DNA of 64,000 nucleotides, taken from a virus. Under the pieces are notes generated by a model. The model made no database searches. It had not been told where the DNA came from and was given only the letters and a program-made list of their open reading frames with translations. Position numbers and translations under genes: made by a program. Location of the stretch: positions 15,824 to 79,823 of the IMG/VR virus record IMGVR_UViG_3300036772_000294. One strand, 5' to 3'. Shown one piece after another: positions 9,215-20,379 of the stretch. Positions within the stretch are counted from its first letter, which is position 1; each line of letters opens with the position of its first letter.

Positions 9215-9899
9215 CGGTAATTACTCCCTCAAAACTACGCGAAGGGATGCAGAAGTACAGACTGCCGACGTTGGTCGTACCGTAATTTGCAATACGCAAC
9301 ACGTACCACCAGGCGGTCCGGGTCTGGCCGCCCGCGATATCTTCTTTCCAGGCCAGCACGCTTCCGATCGGAATACCTTTTGAGGCTATCTTCAGCACCA
9401 GTGCGGAGTCACCGATCCCGGCGTTATCGTCTCCGGCATCCATCGAAATAAACGAGTCCATCTCATCGGGCACATCGACAACACAAACCTCTTCAGGGTC
9501 ACTATATGTGAGCTCCTGCTGGTGGGGATCAAGTCGGGTAAATTCAGCTTGTTCGTATGCGCCCGTTTCAAAGCCTGTCTCATCCACTTCTGAGGGGATG
9601 TCGCTTACAGGACGCCATAAAAGAGCATCAAAGCTATCAGGACTGGCTTTTATCAGTTTCATCCAGCTGTCGGCCAGAAGCTCATTAAGGCCGCTTTTAA
9701 CACCGAGAGAGTGGCGATTACGTTCAAGCTTATCGAAATTGCCGGCTACGATAGGTTTTACAGGTAGGACGGGATCGATTGTCGTTTCTCCAATACATTC
9801 AGGCATTGGCACCAATTTATCTTCGGCGCCCCCATTGCCGCTGCTGGATGCGTCAGGCGGCATGGGCTCATAAAATTCACTATAAATTGTCACGGTCAC
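9204..9899 (-). CDS. tail protein (P1 gp7-like)
   Basis: Synteny and size; translational coupling. Confidence 0.7.
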   Translation of the reverse strand: MTVTIYSEFYEPMPPDASSSGNGGAEDKLVPMPECIGETTIDPVLPVKPIVAGNFDKLERNRHSLGVKSGLNELLADSWMKLIKASPDSFDALLWRPVSDIPSEVDETGFETGAYEQAEFTRLDPHQQELTYSDPEEVCVVDVPDEMDSFISMDAGDDNAGIGDSALVLKIASKGIPIGSVLAWKEDIAGGQTRTAWWYVLRIANYGTTNVGSLYFCIPSRSFEGVITDEH

Positions 9900-11098
9900 T
9901 CCTTAAGTTTGTCTCTGACCATTTGCTCAAAGGCCACCAGCGCTTCGGCTTCTGTTTTCCCGCTCATTTTGAATGCAGCTATGACCATTTGCTTTCTAAG
10001 CTTCAGTTCGCTGGCTATACGGGTTTTAAGTAACTTATTCTCGGCGGCGGCTATGCGTGCTTTGTTTTCCGCTTGCTCGGCGCGTGTACGCTCTTCGGCA
10101 CTTTGCTTCCGCGCTCGGCGGAGCTGCTGGCGGATCTTCTCAGTGGAGGCGTGCCCGCTGGATAATTTTTTGCCCATTGCCTCTTGCCGGCGCTTATAGG
10201 TGTCAAATTCGGCGCGGAGTTTCTTCTGGTTAATCTGCGTTGAGCGGTTTCTCTTGAGTTCTTTCTGATCATCAGCATCAAACGTCCGTGACGCGCGGTC
10301 TTCGCCGAAACCCACGCGGGAGGCCTGGCTTTCCATTTGGCGAGCAAGTAGGCGCTGCCATATCGACGACTGCAGCATGACCATGACCTTAAGGACGTGT
10401 TTGCAGCTGGTGCCTTTGAGCTGTTTGTTACGGATCTTCGGATAGGCAAATTCTTTCGGGGGGGCCAGTGCATAGTTGCCGACCGTCGCCATGTAGCGAT
10501 ACCAGTATTGGTGGCGGCCGCAGTCACAATCAAACGATACCCTGCCAGCGCAAACGGCTTTCATTGCCTTCTGGTAGGCCTGCGGTGAATGATCGGATTC
10601 GGTGAGGTGATCGTCCCATTCCTCAAGTCGAATTTGTACACGGTGTTCCTGATGAACCGAGGCGCGGGAGGCTTTTACCCTGAATGTTGCGACGTTTCCA
10701 CGTATGCCTGTCATATTGGCATTCGTGATGCCGGTGTCGTCGCCCGTGCGGTTGTTGGCTCGGTCCACGTCAATTTTAAGCGCGCTGGCCACAAGCTGAG
10801 AATACATGATCCCGCTGGCACTGCCCGCGTGTCTGGCCTTGTGCTTTTGGCGGGATTTATCGAAGGCTTTGAGGTCATCCGCCGTGAAGAAAGTACCGCC
10901 TTGTTTTTTCCCCAGCGCGAGCAAACCTTCTAGTGTTTTATTCTTCATCCCTACAGGCGTTAGCGTTCGCCTGGCCCCGCGGCGGGAAACCCGCTGCGCT
11001 TTGCCAATCATATTGAAAATGGCGTTAAAACCGTGCTCATCAAGGCCTGACGTCAGATAGCGACCGGCGTCGTCGCGCTCGACCGTAACTTTTGGCAT
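9896..11098 (-). CDS. P1 gp25-like protein with SWIM-type zinc finger
   Basis: CDCGRHQYWY...CKH motif; basic coiled-coil C-terminus; synteny. Confidence 0.78.
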   Translation of the reverse strand: MPKVTVERDDAGRYLTSGLDEHGFNAIFNMIGKAQRVSRRGARRTLTPVGMKNKTLEGLLALGKKQGGTFFTADDLKAFDKSRQKHKARHAGSASGIMYSQLVASALKIDVDRANNRTGDDTGITNANMTGIRGNVATFRVKASRASVHQEHRVQIRLEEWDDHLTESDHSPQAYQKAMKAVCAGRVSFDCDCGRHQYWYRYMATVGNYALAPPKEFAYPKIRNKQLKGTSCKHVLKVMVMLQSSIWQRLLARQMESQASRVGFGEDRASRTFDADDQKELKRNRSTQINQKKLRAEFDTYKRRQEAMGKKLSSGHASTEKIRQQLRRARKQSAEERTRAEQAENKARIAAAENKLLKTRIASELKLRKQMVIAAFKMSGKTEAEALVAFEQMVRDKLKE

Positions 11099-11421
11099 TA
11101 CTCGATACCTCCGCCTTCTGAAAAATGCCTGATGCGTTCGCGTATCCAGGTTCGGGAAGGGAGGCGGATCTCGTTACCAACGGGCAGGGGGGAGGCCTCG
11201 TCATCGCCACCAGCCAGGAGGGTAATAACCCAACGTAGAATTTCCGTCTCATAAGCCCTGAATGCAGCGAGGTCTGGGCGGTATTGTTCGTCGGGCTGGA
11301 TGGTATAGAACTTGCCTTCAGCACCGTAGTCGCCGCTTTGCGCAAGAATGGCGTTATACAAAAACGAACGGATGATCGGGTCTTCTAAATTTCTATCGTC
11401 CAGGCGGGAATATTCAGTCAC
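11098..11421 (-). CDS. baseplate protein (P1 gp26-like, LysM/gp53-type)
   Basis: YTI..DEQYRPDL.A.R.Y...LRW motif. Confidence 0.8.
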   Translation of the reverse strand: MTEYSRLDDRNLEDPIIRSFLYNAILAQSGDYGAEGKFYTIQPDEQYRPDLAAFRAYETEILRWVITLLAGGDDEASPLPVGNEIRLPSRTWIRERIRHFSEGGGIE

Positions 11422-12074
11422 AAGATGTTCCCCTTCCCGGTAAGTGGTGAGGCGAGTTTGGCCAGCCTCTCTGCCTCCAGCTTGTCATATGCGCTAAGCG
11501 TGTTCACCAGCGGTGCAATCACTGATGGCGTTCGTTCGCTGCGCCGGCCGCCAAACATTTTTTTGAGGTAGCCGATAGATGAGACGTCGTTGTAGGAGAT
11601 ACCGTAAACGGCCAGAAGGAGGAGGGCGATTTCCGGGGTTACTTCCGGCCAGTTAATGCGGTACATCGCCTCGCCCTTGCCGTCACGGTCCTCATCAACG
11701 ATTGAAGCCGGAATATCGTAACGACCGGAGCAATCCGGGAAGGATATCGCCTGCTGGATGCCCAGCTCTTTGTAGTGTTCAAGTGCCACAACAATTACAG
11801 GCTTGCCGGTGGCAATATCGATTGAACCTAATCGGCAGTGGCTACCATAACGGCGTGAAATACGGGGCTGCGCTTCATCAATCAGAATAATGGCGTCGGC
11901 CATTGCATACCTGGAAAGCTCCTCCTTCAGCACGGCATCCATTTCTTTGCGGGATTTTGGTAATGTTTTGGCCCCCATGAAGTGCAATGTCTGGGATTCA
12001 CTCGCGTAAACAGCTGTGGCGTACTGGCAGGGGGTGGTATTGAGTACAGCGGCAAAAATTGGTTTATTGCTCAT
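11418..12074 (-). CDS. mat: particle maturation protein Mat
   Basis: IP.SIVD....G.GE..YR.NW and YNDVSS..Y match recalled P1 Mat; follows ref. Confidence 0.8.
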   Translation of the reverse strand: MSNKPIFAAVLNTTPCQYATAVYASESQTLHFMGAKTLPKSRKEMDAVLKEELSRYAMADAIILIDEAQPRISRRYGSHCRLGSIDIATGKPVIVVALEHYKELGIQQAISFPDCSGRYDIPASIVDEDRDGKGEAMYRINWPEVTPEIALLLLAVYGISYNDVSSIGYLKKMFGGRRSERTPSVIAPLVNTLSAYDKLEAERLAKLASPLTGKGNIL

Positions 12075-12091
12075 GGCGGTCCTCATATGAA

Positions 12092-12114
12092 AAAAGCCGC
12101 ACTAGGCGGCTTTT
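12092..12114 (-). terminator. intrinsic terminator immediately upstream of mat
   Basis: AAAAGCCGC-N5-GCGGCTTTT, with a T6 run on the minus strand. Confidence 0.7.
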
Positions 12115-12240
12115 GGTATATCTAAGTTTTGGGTAAAGCAAAGAACTACATGGACAAAGGTAATGGCGGCTGGTGAAGAGAAAGTCTGCGCGAGCCCGGT
12201 GTGAATGTAATACAAGTTCCTCTCCCTTTACCAGCATTGA

Positions 12241-12263
12241 TATAATATCTCATTTTAGGATAA
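12241..12263 (-). promoter_or_regulatory. 23-bp operator motif between ref and mat
   Basis: Minus strand TTATCCTAAAATGAGATATTATA. Confidence 0.65.
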
Positions 12264-12269
12264 GAGCAA

Positions 12270-12836
12270 TTAAATTTTTTTGTCGCCTTCAGCAATAGTG
12301 ACAACCATCTCAAGCAGGTCCAGTTGCGATCCGTTAAGACGTTCGAACTCTGCCTTCCCGCCGGTTGCCATATCGGCATGAACCGGCACCAGCCAGGGAT
12401 ATTGTGCTCTCATTGCCGCCGGTGCTGCATGCTGGTGGTGCCATTTGCACAGGGGGAGCTGCTTCTTGTGCGCTCCCGGCCTGGTCCTCCCATCAATGTG
12501 GTGTAAGGATACTTCATGGCTGATAACCCCATGCACGTAGCATGCAATGCACGGTAGGGAACCGATGGACTGAATGAAGCGAGCCTCTTCAGCTGTCGGT
12601 GTGCGGCCCTTAAGCCCCCTGGTACTTTGACTACGCACAGGCAAGGCGTTGAGCTTAGATTTTTTCTCGCGTTGTCGTGTCGCGCGCCGCTCGGCGGCCG
12701 CATATTGTTTCTCATACTGCCGCTTACGGTAATCAGGGTCTGCCAGGCGTTCTCGCTGGCGTTCGATCGCGCACGCCGTTGCTCGCTTTGCTGCCTCTAA
12801 AGCGTTCTGCCGTCGCTCTTCAATTGATTTAGCCAT
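12270..12836 (-). CDS. ref: RecA-dependent HNH nuclease Ref
   Basis: Basic N-terminus; LPCIAC..HG, SLHHIDGRT, PLCKWHHQH. Confidence 0.92.
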   Translation of the reverse strand: MAKSIEERRQNALEAAKRATACAIERQRERLADPDYRKRQYEKQYAAAERRATRQREKKSKLNALPVRSQSTRGLKGRTPTAEEARFIQSIGSLPCIACYVHGVISHEVSLHHIDGRTRPGAHKKQLPLCKWHHQHAAPAAMRAQYPWLVPVHADMATGGKAEFERLNGSQLDLLEMVVTIAEGDKKI

Positions 12837-12984
12837 AACTTCCCGTTTATGATATTTGCGCAATGTTTAAATGCTGTAAGGCGTTTGATTACCCCCTGCT
12901 TTCCCAGGCGGGGGTAATATTTCATACCTGCTCCCACTCAGCGCCGGTGTCGACCGATACTATTCCATGACATACCCTCTCAAA

Positions 12985-13022
12985 GAGGTTTGACGGTCAA
13001 TGATGTAAAAAACCACTTTAAG
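12985..13022 (+). mobile_element. degenerate 38-bp Tn3-family inverted repeat
   Basis: GAGGTTTGACGGTCAATGATGTAAAAAACCACTTTAAG: 38 bp, ends TAAG, overlaps the tnpA stop. Confidence 0.7.
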
Positions 13023-13245
13023 GCGATACTTGATTGTTTACATTGCGGTTTAATGGAGGAAGTTTTCCCTTTAAAATATCTTCCGGTAGCGTGAATGTAT
13101 AATGCCCCAGCATATTGATATGGCCGTGTAGAAGTGGTGACAGCCGGGCAATATGTTCATCCTTCAGTGTTTTACCCGTTGTTGTCCTTATATGCGAAAG
13201 TGCTTCCTGTATGTAGAGTGAATTCCACAGCACCACTGCATTAGA
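13018..13245 (-). pseudogene. tnpA: Tn3-family transposase C-terminal remnant
   Basis: VLWNS.Y...ARLSPL..GHINMLGHY.F motif. Confidence 0.9.
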
Positions 13246-13335
13246 CAGGGAGTTGCATTTAAAACCGTAACGGAGAAGACAGCTATATCGAGACCAACAT
13301 TTTTCAGGCTTAAAAAGAGCGTCAGAGACGCCTAG

Positions 13336-13878
13336 TCATAGGCAGGATAAAATAAATTCTGCGCGTTCTTCTACACCGCAGAGTGGTAATTTGATGAGTT
13401 CGTACCCGTGCCTGTTGTAAGACCCAACCATTTCATTGAATGTCTTAACCGCTTCCGGATATAACTGCTTACGCTCGGTATCCTGTACAAAAATTTCCTT
13501 CCAGGGCGGAGCGATAAATACTGCTCGTGCATAACGGAATAATTCAATTGCTCTTTCCACATGTGCCGGCACTGGCAAGTTTGATAGCGCCAGATAACCG
13601 GCAACGTCGGGAAGCCCTCTGTCAAAGAAAAATGGAGCTTTGCTTTCTTCTGCTGCATGCCAGGAACGTAACTCCCAGTTCAGCATCAACTCAGCAAAAG
13701 CTTCCCGATCTCCCCATGGTAGAGCATTTCCGCCGATTACTACCTGATCCCGGATTATTGCGCGACCGGCCTCAGTTGCAGTTGGGAAACCTTTTGCGCG
13801 CAGAGAGTCCAGCAACTTACTTTTACCTGACCCCGGACCACCGGTAATAATAATTCTTCTTTTGTTTTCAGAAAACAT
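13336..13878 (-). CDS. AAA-family (AAA_28/NadR-like) ATPase
   Basis: Walker A ITGGPGSGKS; FFDRGLPD; PPW.EIF.QD.ER; AGGAG SD. Confidence 0.9.
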   Translation of the reverse strand: MFSENKRRIIITGGPGSGKSKLLDSLRAKGFPTATEAGRAIIRDQVVIGGNALPWGDREAFAELMLNWELRSWHAAEESKAPFFFDRGLPDVAGYLALSNLPVPAHVERAIELFRYARAVFIAPPWKEIFVQDTERKQLYPEAVKTFNEMVGSYNRHGYELIKLPLCGVEERAEFILSCL

Positions 13879-13979
13879 AAAAATGCTCCTGTTTACCGCA
13901 AAAATAGCATGTAGAGAGCAGGTTATTTCATCATAGCCTGACGAGGGCATTAATGATTTTCATCATTAATAACATGAGC

Positions 13980-14264
13980 TTATCTGATTAGCGTGGTTTT
14001 TTTACACGATTGACCTTCAAACCCCTCAAACTCTTCTTTGTACGGAATAGCCGTAGGGTGCTGCTGTCCCAGATAATGTCGATGCCCAGCAATGAACGCA
14101 GCTGGGCATGAGCAATATGAACTGTAGTCAATACCTTCACCTTTACGCGCCGTGCGTACACCGTCTACCCATGAAGTGAGAAAATCCGTTCGATCGGCCA
14201 GCTCAATTGCTGGTGGGGAGCTTTCTTCTACAAGAGTGAGAATGCTGGGATAACGCCTAGGCAT
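13980..14264 (-). CDS. hypothetical protein
   Basis: 94 aa ORF with a plausible SD. Confidence 0.55.
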   Translation of the reverse strand: MPRRYPSILTLVEESSPPAIELADRTDFLTSWVDGVRTARKGEGIDYSSYCSCPAAFIAGHRHYLGQQHPTAIPYKEEFEGFEGQSCKKTTLIR

Positions 14265-14338
14265 TACCTGTCACATCCTCTCCCCAATAGTGGCCAATGG
14301 ATGGGTCGACAAATGAAATGTCCCTGGTTACTATCCGA

Positions 14339-17300
14339 CTAGAAATTATACTTAATACCCAGTGTGGCACTGGTATCACTATACCCTTTATCACCTACCT
14401 GTGTACCGACATTACCCCATAAATTGACACGTGGGTTAATTTGTCCTTCAATGCCCACTTTAACCTCGCCAATATTACGAGCCCCTGCCTGACTGATTCG
14501 TGCTCCGTCCATTGTTGCACTATAGCTACGTGTATTATGCAGCCAGTTCGCTTCAATAAACGGTTCGAACTCTCGCCCTTTTCCTTCATCAATAGCATTG
14601 TGGCTCTTGAGATAAGTCCTTAAGCCAAGGCGCGTTTGAACATTTCCGTCTCCGTCGCTACTGACTCGCGTACCGTTGGCCTCTCTGTGGTCGTCTGCTT
14701 TCACGCCCATCCAAGTTGCTTGTGCTTGAGGTTGAATAAACCATTGGTTCAGAGTTCCATGGCTACCCGAAAACTCCCCCATCTTGAAGGTGTAACCACT
14801 TTCTAATGAAGCAGTGAACCCTTTAGATTTGTAAGATTCTTCAGCAAGTTCCTGTCCGTTCACGTGGTTGTTAAACCAGCTGTACTGGAGCCAGCTATCA
14901 ACATACAAGCCCGCTTTATCAGCATCATTTGCAAACCATGTACCGTAGATGCCTGCGCTGTAACCATTGACGGAACCCTTCGAACTATAATCAGTCACTG
15001 AAGAATGGGTATTATTATGATTATTGCCATAACCAGCCATCAGACCAAGATGACCACGGTCAAGTCCATCTGAAGACCATTGAGCTATATCTCCGCCCAA
15101 TTGTGCAACATAACTATTGCTCTGGGTTTTTAATTGGCTACTACCATCGCGCCAGTTATTATGACTACCGACTTGTCGTAACCACAGGCTGGTGACCTTT
15201 TTTTCACCTGTCAGAGCATCTACGTATTGGGTTTCACCAAGACGGTCATGGAGGGTTGTGTTGAATAGTCTGTTTGCTGCGGCAAGGTTTTCTACGTAAC
15301 TTCCGCCTTCAGGGCGAACATTTGGGTTAACAGGGTCAACAGGATCGACAGGGTCAACAGGGTCAACAGGGTCAACAGGATCGACAGGCTTTGTATTTGT
15401 TAAATACCAGTTGTTGCTATTGCTTCCGGTCCCACGAACCAGAGAATAGTCATAAGCTCCAGCGACTATACGACCAGCCTGTGTAAAAATACCATCAGAT
15501 TTGCCGTTAACATCGATAAGCTCAATACCATTCAGAGTGTAATCACCAGCACCACCGGCATTCGTTACGCTGACAGAGGTGTTTCCTGAAGTATCGCCTG
15601 CGATCACCAGCTTGTCGGTTACAGAGCTATCGTTTCCTAGTGTGGTATTGAACTGTAAATGCCCATTGTCACCGATGTAATTTCCATTCACAGTTAAAGT
15701 GGTACCAGCAACAGGATTATTGTTTGCGTCGTTGTGTCCAATAACAACCGTACCGCTGTTGGTCAATTCTCCAATCTGGTATTGAGATGGCAGTGGTGCG
15801 CCGACTGATGCTCGTGAAACAGCATCATTTTGTCCAAGGTATAATGTTCCCTGGTTATTTACTTTCCCTGTACCGATAGCTTGATTAGCAAGCATTCTAA
15901 CTACACCATCAGAAGCTATAGTGGTATCAACAGACATATCCGAGTTATCGCTACTTATGGTAAGAGTGCCCCCGGTAACGTTAAGACTGCCTTCACCAGT
16001 CATCGCACCGTCAACCTGCCCATTGTTTACTGTCAGAGCCCCTTTGCTAAAATCAAGTGTACTGCCTGACTCAGTGACCAGATTCCTTAATGTTTGGCTG
16101 TAACCATTCATATCCAGATGCGTCCCGTCAGCCAGATTGAGCAAACGAGTGTTGCCCAGTACATCATTGTTTCCCATTTTTAGCCCGCCAGCGGTTACCC
16201 ATGTGGCGCCGGTGTAGCTGTTCCCGCTGTTGGATAATGAAACATCAGTATCTGTATCTATCCTGAGGTCACCATTGCCTACTACCTGAGCACTGAGGTC
16301 TGCTGCATTGCCAGTATTACCGTCTGCCGTTAGTGTTAAAGCATTATCTCCCTGTGCCAACAGCTCAACTTTGGTTAGACCATAATTTATATACAGGCCG
16401 TCACTATTGTCACCGCTTGTAAGACGATAATCATAGGTGCCCTGGGCAACGGTCTCTCCGCCTTGAGTGATATTGTTTACAACAGCATCAGATATTACAT
16501 TACCATTTTGATCTATTAGGTTAAGATCACCGCCGCTACCTGTTATTGTTCCTGTGCTGTCGGCAAGCTTAACCATAACCCCGGCATCATCCTGTTGAAG
16601 TAGAGGACGCGTGCCATCCGGCGCATGAGGTATGTTGTCAAAACTATCGCTGTCAGTAATTTGAATAGACCCTTTGCCAGTTAAGTCTAGGTTCTTACTC
16701 GTCTCTATAAAATTATCACTTGTAGTACTTCCTGGCGAAATATCCCCGAAAACGAGTGTTCCACCATTAAAAGCTAACCCACCGATGTTTTGGGTACCAC
16801 TGCCGACAGTTGTCGTGTTTTCATTTCCAATATGCAGTGTGGCATTTACCAGGGTGGCTGTATTCACGCCATCTAATACAAATTTATTCGTTTCGAGGAG
16901 AACGTCGCCTGAGAATTCATTGCCAACGGAAGATGAAAAATTAAAATCGTTGCCATCATTTTTTGCAGTTAGCTGACCATCGCCAGTAAGTTTATTATCA
17001 AATGAAAATGAATCATTTGTATCTGCAATTAAAGAACCATTTTCGGCAATGTTTATACTACCACTACCAAAATTATCATGGCTATTAGTCGCATTCTGAG
17101 CTGATGTTGCTACACCAACAACATTCCAATTACCGGCGTAGATGCTGTTGTCACTGACGATTTTCGCATCCCCCGAAACGGTTGTGTCGCCACTACCACT
17201 CAGAGTATTGGTGAACTCAGACCCATCAGTATAGGCAATGTCTAAACCTTTAGTTATATCACCAGGGTCAGTATTAACTACCACATCCCCACTTCCCAGT

Positions 17301-18673
17301 GCCTTGCTGTCCGCAATCGAAAGCAGGCCACCATTGATGACCGTGCCGCCATTATAGTTTGACGCGGCGCTTAATGTTGTGTGTCCTGACTGCTGCTCGA
17401 CGCTTCCCGCCCCATCAATTGCCACATCAAATACATAACCACCTGCACCGATTTCAGTTGGTTTATTATTGTTGAAAATGACTTTATTATCGCCATCACC
17501 TGACATAGTGATGCTTTTAGCAGATATGCCTGCCGGAGACCCATATTTTGAATCACCAATATAAAGATTTACGGCACTACCATTCACACTGCTAAGATTG
17601 ATATCTTTCTCACTGGTTACTTTAGCACCATGGCCAAATATTACATCAGTGGTGTTACCACTAACTGTTGATGAAATATTAAAGGCACCAAGAGTGGTTA
17701 CACCGGAACCTCCAGCATTGATGATTTGCAATCCTGTGTTTCCAACATTTTTACCGATCACATTGATATCACCATTGACATTTACAACAGCGGAATAAAT
17801 CCCTGCGGTAGTGCTAACGGAGTTAATATCAGAAGATAATTTAACATTATTTGTTAATGTTAGATCACCGCCAACATTAATACCTCGTGTGCTACTATCA
17901 TTACTAACCAGAAGCGAACCATTGGTTGTGTCGAGATAAAGATTGCCTCCAACATTAAGGTTTGAATTTCCTGCTAAAAGGAAGCTACCCCCGGTCTTGT
18001 TAATGACAGTCATATCATTGACGACATTAATGTCAGCACCTAGTTCTGAATTACTTGGTTTATCAATGAATAAATCGTTTTTGTCAGCTTCAAGATCAAT
18101 ACTATTTGCGTTCAGTTTTGCTGTGGAAGTTGAAGAACCAAACATCCAGATTGTGGCGTCCGTTGCGCCAGGAGCAGTTTTTAAATCACCGATAGATAAC
18201 GTTCCTGCTGAGCCACCAGACTGTTCACTGGTCAACCCCCCAACTTGAGCACCGCCTATTTGTAATAGACTATTGTTGCCCATCTGCAGGTTGCCAGTAT
18301 TGCTAGCAGTTAATGAGCCACCATTGATCCATAAAGAAGTATTTCCCCCACCCGCTGGAGCCATATTCAAAGTAGTGTTACCAGATGAGTTGGAAACAGT
18401 AACATCTGCACCAGCGTCCACTTGAACGGTTGCCGTCGTGTTCCACTGCATACCATCAGTGATTGACGTAGATGAGTTAAAATCTGTATAACCATTAATA
18501 TCAATCGCATAAGCGTTGCTGGTCATTGCAAGAAGTGCTGCTGCGGTTGCGAGGGCCATGGATCTCGTTTTGGCTTTTGAGGACGAACTTTTAGTTTTCC
18601 CTTTTCCAAACTCTGAAACAACAGTCCATGCCATTAAAGAATGATTCCAGACAATATTATAAATGAGATTCAT
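14339..18673 (-). CDS. AIDA-I-like type Va autotransporter adhesin
   Basis: ESPR signal (YNIVWNHS...VVSE), beta-helical passenger, PVD linker, C-terminal beta-barrel ending YNF. Confidence 0.95.
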   Translation of the reverse strand: MNLIYNIVWNHSLMAWTVVSEFGKGKTKSSSSKAKTRSMALATAAALLAMTSNAYAIDINGYTDFNSSTSITDGMQWNTTATVQVDAGADVTVSNSSGNTTLNMAPAGGGNTSLWINGGSLTASNTGNLQMGNNSLLQIGGAQVGGLTSEQSGGSAGTLSIGDLKTAPGATDATIWMFGSSTSTAKLNANSIDLEADKNDLFIDKPSNSELGADINVVNDMTVINKTGGSFLLAGNSNLNVGGNLYLDTTNGSLLVSNDSSTRGINVGGDLTLTNNVKLSSDINSVSTTAGIYSAVVNVNGDINVIGKNVGNTGLQIINAGGSGVTTLGAFNISSTVSGNTTDVIFGHGAKVTSEKDINLSSVNGSAVNLYIGDSKYGSPAGISAKSITMSGDGDNKVIFNNNKPTEIGAGGYVFDVAIDGAGSVEQQSGHTTLSAASNYNGGTVINGGLLSIADSKALGSGDVVVNTDPGDITKGLDIAYTDGSEFTNTLSGSGDTTVSGDAKIVSDNSIYAGNWNVVGVATSAQNATNSHDNFGSGSINIAENGSLIADTNDSFSFDNKLTGDGQLTAKNDGNDFNFSSSVGNEFSGDVLLETNKFVLDGVNTATLVNATLHIGNENTTTVGSGTQNIGGLAFNGGTLVFGDISPGSTTSDNFIETSKNLDLTGKGSIQITDSDSFDNIPHAPDGTRPLLQQDDAGVMVKLADSTGTITGSGGDLNLIDQNGNVISDAVVNNITQGGETVAQGTYDYRLTSGDNSDGLYINYGLTKVELLAQGDNALTLTADGNTGNAADLSAQVVGNGDLRIDTDTDVSLSNSGNSYTGATWVTAGGLKMGNNDVLGNTRLLNLADGTHLDMNGYSQTLRNLVTESGSTLDFSKGALTVNNGQVDGAMTGEGSLNVTGGTLTISSDNSDMSVDTTIASDGVVRMLANQAIGTGKVNNQGTLYLGQNDAVSRASVGAPLPSQYQIGELTNSGTVVIGHNDANNNPVAGTTLTVNGNYIGDNGHLQFNTTLGNDSSVTDKLVIAGDTSGNTSVSVTNAGGAGDYTLNGIELIDVNGKSDGIFTQAGRIVAGAYDYSLVRGTGSNSNNWYLTNTKPVDPVDPVDPVDPVDPVDPVNPNVRPEGGSYVENLAAANRLFNTTLHDRLGETQYVDALTGEKKVTSLWLRQVGSHNNWRDGSSQLKTQSNSYVAQLGGDIAQWSSDGLDRGHLGLMAGYGNNHNNTHSSVTDYSSKGSVNGYSAGIYGTWFANDADKAGLYVDSWLQYSWFNNHVNGQELAEESYKSKGFTASLESGYTFKMGEFSGSHGTLNQWFIQPQAQATWMGVKADDHREANGTRVSSDGDGNVQTRLGLRTYLKSHNAIDEGKGREFEPFIEANWLHNTRSYSATMDGARISQAGARNIGEVKVGIEGQINPRVNLWGNVGTQVGDKGYSDTSATLGIKYNF
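15324..15388 (-). repeat. 9-bp coding repeat (PVD)n in the autotransporter linker
   Basis: About 7 copies of CCTGT(T/C)GA(C/T). Confidence 0.9.
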
Positions 18674-19818
18674 ATTTTGATAAAACCTTCAGAGGATGAT
18701 TATACTGGCCGATGGAGGAGGCGACACTGGCTGAACATCGTAAAGCCATTGAGAACAACAAGGATAGTTCATGTACCACGAAGGTGGTATTCCAATGTTC
18801 ACTAAACATACATTACCTCAATAGTGTAGCCACTATCAGACGTATTCTGTGAACATATAGAACTAAAAAAAAGATCAAAACGCAACTAATTGTCATACAA
18901 ATTAGTCTGCTAATGATTTTTTGGGAAAGGACATCAATAATTAACTAATTGTTTTATTTGATATTACCTCAAGCAACAAGACTAACCGAATATAGGAAAA
19001 AACAATCGTAAACCAATCCATGTGGTTTCAAAAATTAAATTATGTTCTGACTAACCAATCTATTGAGACCATAGCCATGTTGAATAGCATTGTGCATCCA
19101 CCCTGTAGACCCGCACTCTCCGTTGTTAGCAAGCCGAAGCTCTACCCACAAAACTAAACTGTAGTGCCCTATTGGTCTTTTACTCGTCCATCAATTAACT
19201 GTGTGCATAATATCGTTATGTTTTTAATTTTCAAACTTCGCGACAACCAAATTACATCATTTAAGATCTTTCTGGGAAAAAGTCCATTTATTCCTATTCT
19301 CATAAATGATTTTTTTAACGAAATAATTATCTATTTTATCTTACTACTGATAAGGAACAGTGCTTATATCACCTGGTGGCATCCCACAGTGGCCGGAATT
19401 CTGATATTGGTTTGGAGTCTTACAATGATATAACAAATAAGTCGAGAAACATTTAGTATTACTTTATTTCGTCATTTGCATTTTTCTCATTTAAATCAAT
19501 AACATAAGACATTTCATCCCGTAACTAACTATATTTTGAATCTTAAAGATGTTTTTCATTTAATCTTTAAAAATCATGTGATTATGTTCTTTTGGATTTT
19601 GATTGATAACTATTCCCTGAAGGTTTTTGTGATATTGATTTGCATTATTCCTATTTTTTGTTTTTTATATACACCGAACTTTGTTTTTAATTAATGAGAT
19701 TTAACATGCTGAGCCAATGATTATCATCCAGTCTACGAAAAATTATTAACATTGTTTATATCATTTGCCACTTAACTTACGGGGGCCCTCACGAGGCGGG
19801 CTAGTACTTTTAAGATGC

Positions 19819-20379
19819 ATGAAAAACATACTACGAACGAGTGTTGCTATGCGTATCATTTCTGATAATCTGTATCTACACGCAGGACTGTCTTTTTTAG
19901 TCGAAAATTCATTACCAGAAGCCAAAACTAAACGATTGGTATTCATTGATACTACATATTTAGCAGAACTTACTGCTGCTGATTTTGACGGGTTCGTTAT
20001 CTATATCACCCCGAAGAGATTTAATACCGGTTGGGAGACGATGTTCTACACCGAAGTCAAAAAAGGTGAGACCATAGATATGACGATGCCTGTTACAGAT
20101 ATCAGAGAAAAAATCGAAAGGTTTGTATTTTTCGATGATGTACCCTTAGGTAGCATACAGCCTCAGTTTAGATTAACACAAAAGGAGGCATCGACAATAA
20201 AATCCATTGCCTGCGGAATGACTCCTGATAATTGTAGTAAGCTTACTGGCATTAGCATCAAGACTATTAGTTCACACAAAAGAAGCGCCATGGAGAAACT
20301 GGGGCTAAAGACTCAACAGGAATTATTTTGCACCCTAAGGTTATTAATGAAATATACTAAGGCCATGCATGTGAATTGA
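19819..20379 (+). CDS. LuxR-type C-terminal HTH transcriptional regulator
   Basis: LTQKE...G.T......GISIKTISSHKRSAMEKLG; divergent from the autotransporter; start uncertain. Confidence 0.88.
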   Translation: MKNILRTSVAMRIISDNLYLHAGLSFLVENSLPEAKTKRLVFIDTTYLAELTAADFDGFVIYITPKRFNTGWETMFYTEVKKGETIDMTMPVTDIREKIERFVFFDDVPLGSIQPQFRLTQKEASTIKSIACGMTPDNCSKLTGISIKTISSHKRSAMEKLGLKTQQELFCTLRLLMKYTKAMHVN

